Of a stretch of DNA of 64,000 nucleotides, positions 57,312 through 64,000 are shown piece by piece. Positions within the stretch are counted from its first letter, which is position 1; the number at the start of each line of letters is the position of its first letter. The DNA comes from Candidatus Heimdallarchaeota archaeon (GTDB lineage: Archaea > Asgardarchaeota > Heimdallarchaeia > JABLTI01), in contig JABCTZ010000036.1 in assembly GCA_018238155.1 (NCBI GenBank), positions 64,001-128,000 on the forward strand, given 5' to 3'. The notes beneath the pieces are model-generated. The model was given only the letters and a program-made list of their open reading frames with translations, was not told the DNA's origin and did no database searches. A program made the position numbers and the translations under genes.

Positions 57312-59267
57312 ATGAAACGAATAAGCTTTGATTTCACTGCTGAATGGTTTAGATTAATATTGATCCTTTTTGGTGGTTTACTTGTAGGTGGTATAATGTT
57401 TCTTTTTAATAGTTTAACGGGGTTCTTTACAGCATTCACACTCCTTATTCAGATAATTATAATCATTGTTTTTTGTTTATGGTATTTAAGATTAATATTT
57501 GCTTATATAACAGAACTAAGAAAAAAAAACCCCGAGAAAAAAGTTGGCATTCCTATTGGTTGGGCTATAGCTGGATTGCTTATTACTCTTATCAATTTCA
57601 TTGTATGGATAGGACTTTCAGTTATGATGTATAATTTCCCGAAAGTGGTTTTCTTTATACCAACTGCTTTAGCAATGGTTCAAATTCTTTACTTGTTCAT
57701 AAAAAGCAATAGACGAAATATGAAAGATTGGTTTCTATTATTATACAATAGCTTTTCATTTCTCTATCTATTTATTTGGATGTTATTTGATTTTGGAGTT
57801 GATATGCCTGGGGTATTAGGGGTTTTTAGTCATACAATTACTGGCAATGTTATGTGGTGGCAATTACTATTCGTTAATACAGGAGCATTCTTCTCACCAA
57901 CATTTATTTTTCCACCCTATCTTTTAAATCCAAGATATTATTTTGCACAACCAGTAGATGAATATCTTGCTGAGAAAAAAGCACAGGAAGATAAAATTGA
58001 ATCCAAAAAACAAATCGAAATAGCTAAAACTGAAGAAACTGAACAAGAAAAGATTTTACCAGGTGAAAGGAAACCATTTTTCGAGGAAAGAGAAAAACAG
58101 CGAGAAATTGATGAAGAAGTTAAGGCAATAGAAAAAGAAGTTTCAAGAATGAACATTGATAAAGATGTACAACATGCAGAATATGTTGGTTCTAGTGACA
58201 TCTCCTTTTCATATAGGCAGATCATAGCAAGATTTGATACCTTTTTACGGACATTTTCTCTCAGCGTTATTTTAATTCTAATCGTTATTACTCCCGTCAT
58301 GTTTGCGGGAAATATTTCTATGAATATATCTCCGGCTTATAACAAATTGGACTTTGCTCAAAAACCAGATATGGTTATTGCCGTAGATGGGAGCGTTTTC
58401 TCCTCATATGATTTTGAGGGAAATTTTTCTTATTACTGGAATACTGAACTGATCAATGAAATTGATCTTGCTAAGGATTTACATGCAACGCATCTACGTT
58501 ATAATATTAAATCAAGAATACTAAACAATACCAAATCAAAGCAAATACTTGACTCTGGTATTGCAATGATCCAGAATCAGGGTTTGAAAGTTATTCTAGC
58601 GGTAAGTGGTGATTTATTTTTCTTAAAGAAAGATTTGATTGATAATATCTATAAAGATGCTATTTCACTTGCTCAAGATTATCAACCTGATTATATGGTA
58701 GTTTATAATGAAATCAATGGTGAATTGCTGAATAACATAAATGAAATTTCTACAATAGATGATTGGCTACCTGCAATCGCAAATGTCACAAATAAAATTA
58801 AATCTTTAAGTCCCTCTACAAAAGTGGTTTCTTCTTTGTTAGCAACAAAGAATGGTATGAGTGATTTGCAATCAATGCTAGCTTATAATACCAGTTTAGA
58901 TGTTATCAGTATTAGTTTCTATCCTATTTTCTTTGGATGGCGTTTCAATTTGCTGAAGGAATACAGTGTTCTTTTCCATCAAGAAAGCTCCGGTGAAAAA
59001 TACTGGATTGGTGAAACAGGAATGGAAACATTGAACTATGGAGAAGGTGCGCAAGCTCGTTACTTAGCTAAAGTCCTTGATTTAGCAGCAAAAACAACAG
59101 AACTAGATGCGGATGGTGTGTGTATTAAAAGTCTAATAGATAATCATGGATATACAATAGAGCATGGGATAACAAGTCACATGGGTCTTGTTTATTTCAA
59201 CGGAAAGAAGAAAAAATCATTTGATGCAGTAAAATATGCTGCAGAAGTGATATTTTCGCTTACTTAA
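57312..59267 (+). CDS. Polytopic membrane protein fused to a clan GH-A-like glycoside hydrolase TIM barrel
   Basis: About 7 TM helices, then HLRYNI, VYNEIN (acid/base), ISFYP, YWIGETG (nucleophile), Q..YL, MGL. Confidence 0.65.
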   Translation: MKRISFDFTAEWFRLILILFGGLLVGGIMFLFNSLTGFFTAFTLLIQIIIIIVFCLWYLRLIFAYITELRKKNPEKKVGIPIGWAIAGLLITLINFIVWIGLSVMMYNFPKVVFFIPTALAMVQILYLFIKSNRRNMKDWFLLLYNSFSFLYLFIWMLFDFGVDMPGVLGVFSHTITGNVMWWQLLFVNTGAFFSPTFIFPPYLLNPRYYFAQPVDEYLAEKKAQEDKIESKKQIEIAKTEETEQEKILPGERKPFFEEREKQREIDEEVKAIEKEVSRMNIDKDVQHAEYVGSSDISFSYRQIIARFDTFLRTFSLSVILILIVITPVMFAGNISMNISPAYNKLDFAQKPDMVIAVDGSVFSSYDFEGNFSYYWNTELINEIDLAKDLHATHLRYNIKSRILNNTKSKQILDSGIAMIQNQGLKVILAVSGDLFFLKKDLIDNIYKDAISLAQDYQPDYMVVYNEINGELLNNINEISTIDDWLPAIANVTNKIKSLSPSTKVVSSLLATKNGMSDLQSMLAYNTSLDVISISFYPIFFGWRFNLLKEYSVLFHQESSGEKYWIGETGMETLNYGEGAQARYLAKVLDLAAKTTELDADGVCIKSLIDNHGYTIEHGITSHMGLVYFNGKKKKSFDAVKYAAEVIFSLT

Positions 59268-59448
59268 ACCGCCATTTTTCAATAAACATTACCGAAAGTT
59301 TTTTTTAAATAAAAAAAAACTCCCCTTTTGCTGAGAATTGCCTAACCAAAGAGACAAAGCAATTAAAAAGAGAACATATTTATTGTTATAATATAAAAGA
59401 AGGCAAAAAAGCACTTCGATTAATAAACTAAAACTGAGGGTCCGCTTC

Positions 59449-60006
59449 ATGAGTTTCCGTGAAAGAAGATTCAAAACATCAACAGAAAAAGACATAAAAA
59501 TTCGATTATTAAATTGGACTGATCTAAATGGAATTACAAAGTTCCATGGTGAATTATACGATTGCAATTATTTTGATTCCCCACCCAACACTACTTTAGA
59601 AGTTAGATATGTTTTACGTAATTTGGAAGCGAGGGAACTTGCAGGCGGCTTAAGCTTAATAGCTGAACATCAGAAAGAGGTTATTGCTGAAGCAACACTT
59701 GAGACAAGTGTTTTTGGTATTCCAGTTCAGAAGCATGTGGGTAAAATTGGTGTAGTTGTATTACCTGAATGGAGACGTTTAGGAATTGGTACTGAATTAA
59801 TTACTGCTTTAGAGCATTTTGCAATAAGAAATGGTATCTTAACCCTTTGGACCCACTTCGAACGCGATTGTGAAGCCGAAGAAAATTTCTACTGTGAAAA
59901 ACACAAGTATGTTAAAACAGGGTTGCTTAAAAAAGCATTAATGCGTCAAAACAAACCTAAGGATCATTTAATTGTTCAGAAGGAACTTCCAAGAGGCGGA
60001 ATTTAA
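59449..60006 (+). CDS. GNAT N-acetyltransferase
   Basis: HVGKIGVVVLPEWRRLGIGTEL motif A; GAGGG SD. Confidence 0.8.
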   Translation: MSFRERRFKTSTEKDIKIRLLNWTDLNGITKFHGELYDCNYFDSPPNTTLEVRYVLRNLEARELAGGLSLIAEHQKEVIAEATLETSVFGIPVQKHVGKIGVVVLPEWRRLGIGTELITALEHFAIRNGILTLWTHFERDCEAEENFYCEKHKYVKTGLLKKALMRQNKPKDHLIVQKELPRGGI

Positions 60007-60018
60007 CCTTTTTTTCTT

Positions 60019-60056
60019 AAGTTTTGCTGAAACGCAAAACTTTATTTTCTTCTTTA
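60019..60056 (+). terminator. Hairpin plus T tract after the GNAT gene
   Basis: Perfect 9-bp stem AAGTTTTGC/GCAAAACTT followed by TATTTTCTTCTTT. Confidence 0.55.
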
Positions 60057-60139
60057 AGTAATCAGCTTATACTCAGCAAAAAGTTTTGTATTTATCATTA
60101 ACTTTCAGCTAATCATTTCTCTCTTGGAGCTCAATTTAA

Positions 60140-63100
60140 ATGTCTAAAAAAGGAACAAATACTTCTAAAAATAAAAAAAATAAGGTATCTGTTTCGAAAG
60201 AAAAAGAATTTGATTTTTCAAAACTTGAAAAAAAAATCAATGAACTTGAATTTGCATTAATTCAAAGTGAAATGAAACAGTTAGGACTTTTTGAGCTAAC
60301 AAATGATGCGATATTTTTTATCAGTATGGATGGAAATTATCATGATGTTAACTTGAGAGCAGCAGAAATGTTAGGTTACAATCGACAAGATGTGATTGGC
60401 AAGAGCGCACTCCATTTTATTGTTGAAGAAGAAAAAGAGAGCTCTTCAAAGAAACTAGCAGATTTACAAGCAGGTCGCATTCTTCCAATATACACCAGAA
60501 CTTTCAAGAGAAGAAATGGCTCTACTTTTCGAGCAGAAATTAATGCCGCTGTTGTTCAGGATGAAGAGGGGAATCCTGTTTATATCCAAAGTGCTGTTAG
60601 AGATATTAGTGAGAGAGTTGAAGCAGAAGATTCCTTGAACCGTGAAAGAAAAGCCTATAACTTAATTTCAGAAGCAATTATTTATTCAGAAGATCTTAAA
60701 GACTTTTGTAATAGATGTCTTTCCGGTTTGACTTCACTTTTAGGTTTTGATGATTCAACTGTAAGGACATTTGATGAAGATTCTCGAATGTTAAATCCCA
60801 TAACTTCTATTAGTGTATTAAAGGATGGTGACATTTCATTAATAGGTCCTAAATCGATAGATGATCCTAATTTCATTTTTTCATTAACAGCACGTACTAA
60901 ACGAATTATCGTTTCAACAAGATCTGAGGATAGAGTTATTCTAGCACCTTTTGCTAAACGCTTAAAAGAGTTAAATGTTCATGCACTTATTTCCTGGCCG
61001 ATACTTGATGGAAAAGAAGAGCTTCTTGGGACTTTACAATTGATATCTTATAAACATAAAGAAATTACTGATGAAGATTTACTTTTCTTTGATATTATAG
61101 CTCATATGTTTACTGTTGCATTTGAAAGAAAAAGAAGCGATGATGCTTTGAGAAACAGCGAAAAAAAATATCGTTCTTTTGCTCAGAATTTTCAAGGCAT
61201 TATTTACAGAATCCGCAGAGATGGTACACCAATATTCTATAATGGTGCAATGGAAGAAATTTCAGGCTATACGACTCATGAGTTAACTTCTATGAATCCA
61301 AAATGGATTGATATTGTTCATCCTGATGACCAAGAAATGGTTAAGAGTGAATTTAATCGTTTACTTTCTCCTCAGTGTACAATAATTGATATTGAATATC
61401 GAATAATTCGTAAAGATGGACTGATCAGATGGGTTCACGAAATAGGTCAAACAATTTGTAATGAAAGAAATGATCCCATTTGGATTCATGGTGTGATTTA
61501 TGACATATCTGAAAGAAAGCGTTCAGAGGAAATTCAAGCAAAACAAAGAGACATTAGTAATTCTCTTGCTGCAACAAGCAATTTAGCAGAAGCATTATCA
61601 GTTGTTCTAGATGTTACTTCAGAAATGGATGTCATGGACTCTGGAAGTATTTACATTATTGATAGAGACTCACGTTTTCTGGATTTGATTGACACAAAAA
61701 ACCTTCCCAAAGAAGTAGCGAAAGAATTAGCTTACTTTTCAACTCATTCCCCATTCACACAAGCAATCCTTTCTGGAAAACCTGTCTATATTGAATCTGT
61801 TGGTCAAATGCCACAAAACATTGATGATAATTTGAAAAAGGAAGGGATTCTTGCAATAGCAACTCTTCCAATTATTTCTGAAGGAAATATTGTTGCTGCT
61901 ATTTTCTTGGCTTCACGTAAGTCAATTAGCATACCAATAAACACTCGAAATGCATTAGAAACGATTGCTTCTCAAATTGGTGCGTCAATATCTCGAATAC
62001 GAGCTGAGGATGCGTTACGAGATAGTGATGAAAGATATCGAACTTTTGTTCAGAATTTTCAAGGTATTGCTTACCAGAGCAAGCTTAATTGGAAGCCTGT
62101 ATTTCTTCATGGGGCGATAAAAGAAATAACTGGTTATACAAGTGAAGAATTGTTATCCGAAAAACCATCTTGGAAAGATATTATTCATCCATATGACTTT
62201 CCAGAATTAGAAGCAATAACTGAAGACTCTATTGCCTCTGAAAGCAAAATAGGTAAATATGAATATCGGTTAATAGCTAAAAATGGTGATATCATTTGGG
62301 TTCGAGATGTTTGGTCGGTTTTGACAAATGAACATGGAAAAACAACTAGTTTTCAAGGTTCCATTTACAATATTTCTGAAAGAAAAGAAGCTCAAAATGG
62401 GTTGGAAAAATTATATCTAGATTTAGAAAAAAGAGTTGGAGAACGTACTGAACAATTAACTCTGATCAATAAAGAATTAACTGCTTTTTCATATTCAGTT
62501 TCACATGATCTTCGAACGCCATTGAGACATATCAGTGGGTTTGCGAATCTATTATCAAAAAGAATAGAGAAATTAACTGACAAAGATGAACGAATTCTTA
62601 GTTATACTCAAAAGATAATCAATTCGACTGAGGAGATGAATAAACTCATTGATGGTTTACTTGTTTTCTCTAGAATGAGTAGAGTTGAAATGGTTAAAAT
62701 AAGAATCAATTTTACTGAATTGGTTCAGGATGTATTGAATGATTTCCAAATAGAATTAGGAAATAGAAAAATTGATGTTGCAGTACACTTTTTACCAGAT
62801 ATTGTTGGTGATCCATCACTGTTGCGACTTGTATTAGTTAATTTAATCTCAAATGCGTTTAAATTTACAAAAATACGTGATATCGCTAAAATTGAAATTG
62901 GAATTATACCCTCGAAGGAAGATGATAAAATAACTGTTTATATCAGGGATAATGGCGTTGGCTTTGATATGAAATATTATGAACGATTATTTGGTGTTTT
63001 CCAGCGATTGCATAAAAATGAAGATTTTGAAGGAACAGGTATAGGGCTAGCAACCGTTCAGAGAGTTGTGCGAAGAATGGGTGGAATAATCTGGGCGGAA

Positions 63101-63163
63101 GGAGATATTGATAAAGGCGCTACTTTCTATTTCTCTGTACCTAAAGCTGTTGATGAAAAATGA
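60140..63163 (+). CDS. Soluble PAS-GAF-PAS-GAF-PAS sensor histidine kinase
   Basis: PAS/PAC ends RDISER, YDISERK, YNISERK; H-box SVSHDLRTPL; N-box NLISNAFKF; DNGVGF, F box, GTGIGL; no TM helix. Confidence 0.93.
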   Translation: MSKKGTNTSKNKKNKVSVSKEKEFDFSKLEKKINELEFALIQSEMKQLGLFELTNDAIFFISMDGNYHDVNLRAAEMLGYNRQDVIGKSALHFIVEEEKESSSKKLADLQAGRILPIYTRTFKRRNGSTFRAEINAAVVQDEEGNPVYIQSAVRDISERVEAEDSLNRERKAYNLISEAIIYSEDLKDFCNRCLSGLTSLLGFDDSTVRTFDEDSRMLNPITSISVLKDGDISLIGPKSIDDPNFIFSLTARTKRIIVSTRSEDRVILAPFAKRLKELNVHALISWPILDGKEELLGTLQLISYKHKEITDEDLLFFDIIAHMFTVAFERKRSDDALRNSEKKYRSFAQNFQGIIYRIRRDGTPIFYNGAMEEISGYTTHELTSMNPKWIDIVHPDDQEMVKSEFNRLLSPQCTIIDIEYRIIRKDGLIRWVHEIGQTICNERNDPIWIHGVIYDISERKRSEEIQAKQRDISNSLAATSNLAEALSVVLDVTSEMDVMDSGSIYIIDRDSRFLDLIDTKNLPKEVAKELAYFSTHSPFTQAILSGKPVYIESVGQMPQNIDDNLKKEGILAIATLPIISEGNIVAAIFLASRKSISIPINTRNALETIASQIGASISRIRAEDALRDSDERYRTFVQNFQGIAYQSKLNWKPVFLHGAIKEITGYTSEELLSEKPSWKDIIHPYDFPELEAITEDSIASESKIGKYEYRLIAKNGDIIWVRDVWSVLTNEHGKTTSFQGSIYNISERKEAQNGLEKLYLDLEKRVGERTEQLTLINKELTAFSYSVSHDLRTPLRHISGFANLLSKRIEKLTDKDERILSYTQKIINSTEEMNKLIDGLLVFSRMSRVEMVKIRINFTELVQDVLNDFQIELGNRKIDVAVHFLPDIVGDPSLLRLVLVNLISNAFKFTKIRDIAKIEIGIIPSKEDDKITVYIRDNGVGFDMKYYERLFGVFQRLHKNEDFEGTGIGLATVQRVVRRMGGIIWAEGDIDKGATFYFSVPKAVDEK

Positions 63164-63261
63164 AGGTCTTAGTTTTATGTGTATTATTATTACTAATACT
63201 AGTAACAGTTGTTATTGTAAGTGTTGTTAATAAGAAGAAAAAAGCAATACCAACACGATAA
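63160..63261 (+). CDS. Possible 33-aa single-TM peptide coupled to the kinase stop
   Basis: ATGA start/stop overlap; MKVLVLCVLLLLILVTVVIVSVVNKKKKAIPTR. Confidence 0.4.
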   Translation: MKVLVLCVLLLLILVTVVIVSVVNKKKKAIPTR

Positions 63262-63347
63262 AAATAAGAGGTGTTCAATTAATGTCTCATGAAATATTTT
63301 TTAAAATTCCATTCATTTTTTTTCTCTGTTTTTGAATTTACTTATTC

Positions 63348-63998
63348 TTATTTGGTAATCCAAGTTGCAATATATTTGTAGTTCTTTGGTTGTGGAACTA
63401 TTTGAGGATTTTTTACCACCCATTTTCCATCTAGTTGCTTTTCTTTTGCTGTTAATTCGAAATGAGACATCGCTATTCCAATATCAATAAATCTCATAGA
63501 TTTGTAAATTTCTAAACTATACTTTGATTGAGTTTTTAGATAGAAATGAAGAAGATCATTTATTTTTACAACTCTCCATGGTTGATCATTTCTTGCTGAT
63601 GGTGCTAGTCTCAGCATTTCAAGAGGAAGAGCAAATGGGGCTGATTTTTCTACTGTTAATGGTTTAGTGAATTGGTCGATAAAAAATAGGTCAACCCACT
63701 TTTTTCTTTTTCGAGCCTTAATCCACCAAGAAATAATTTTATCAACATTGCGTTTGTTTCGAGCTATTTTTCCAATAGGACTAATTGCAGGAATTATATC
63801 ATTATCTTCTAAGTCAACTAAATTTGAGAATGTTTTAGTATTAAAAGCACTACCAAGCCATACAGTACCATAATCCAATTCAGTTGCTTTTAGTATTATC
63901 TTTTCCATTAAATAACCGAAATCTGTAAAGTTAATCGATTTTTTATTCATAATCCCTACAATGAAATATCGTGCTCCGGAAATCATGCCATAAGTACC
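63348..63998 (-). CDS. Nitroreductase-family protein (tandem domain; 5' end outside the window)
   Basis: Frame is open to the window edge (GTYGMISGA); LKATELDYGTVWLG, RLAPSARNDQPW, IDIGIAMSHF. Confidence 0.88.
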   Translation of the reverse strand, partial: GTYGMISGARYFIVGIMNKKSINFTDFGYLMEKIILKATELDYGTVWLGSAFNTKTFSNLVDLEDNDIIPAISPIGKIARNKRNVDKIISWWIKARKRKKWVDLFFIDQFTKPLTVEKSAPFALPLEMLRLAPSARNDQPWRVVKINDLLHFYLKTQSKYSLEIYKSMRFIDIGIAMSHFELTAKEKQLDGKWVVKNPQIVPQPKNYKYIATWITK

Positions 63999-64000
63999 AA

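Noticed and set aside
59325-60082. TTTTGCTGAG / CTCAGCAAAA inverted pair flanking the GNAT gene as transposon ends
   Set aside because: Only about 10 bp, no target-site duplication seen and no transposase; compatible with chance or a regulator site
1-64000. Defence island, provirus, CRISPR-Cas or stop-codon recoding (Sec/Pyl)
   Set aside because: No integrase, capsid, Cas or restriction genes recognised; recognised genes appear full length with no obvious domain continuation past UGA/UAG stops

Overview
AT-rich archaeal chromosomal window (about 30% GC by eye), densely coding with about 60 CDSs. I found no rRNA, tRNA, CRISPR array or transposase. The eIF6-rpl18a(LX)-pfdA-ftsY string, PAN, A/V-ATPase subunit D and AGGTGA/GGAGG ribosome-binding sites mark it as archaeal. 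An Arf-like GTPase, a HEAT protein with a PCI-like winged helix, TSP3-like Ca-binding surface proteins and IPGY-type C-terminal sorting tails point to an Asgard archaeon, possibly Heimdallarchaeia (inference). Housekeeping and metabolic genes include argF, pckA, korDABC, hisC, lplA, a Xaa-Pro peptidase and a Ca2+ P-type ATPase. Most unusual observations: (1) an ABC-2 exporter whose only ATPase has lost the signature motif, catalytic Glu and switch His together, followed by a Ham1/ITPase lacking the SHR base-recognition motif; (2) an Arf-like GTPase fused to a longin/roadblock-like domain; (3) a HEAT plus PCI-like protein near PAN; (4) two unrecognised paralogues bracketing a secreted phospholipase D; (5) a SERCA-type pump at the end of a string with a Ca-binding membrane protein and a wHTH protein; (6) a structured argF leader with a short uORF; (7) two micro-ORFs below the ORF track's size cut-off, a Zn ribbon and a transmembrane peptide coupled to an orphan histidine kinase. 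All calls come from reading motifs by eye; no database searches were run.
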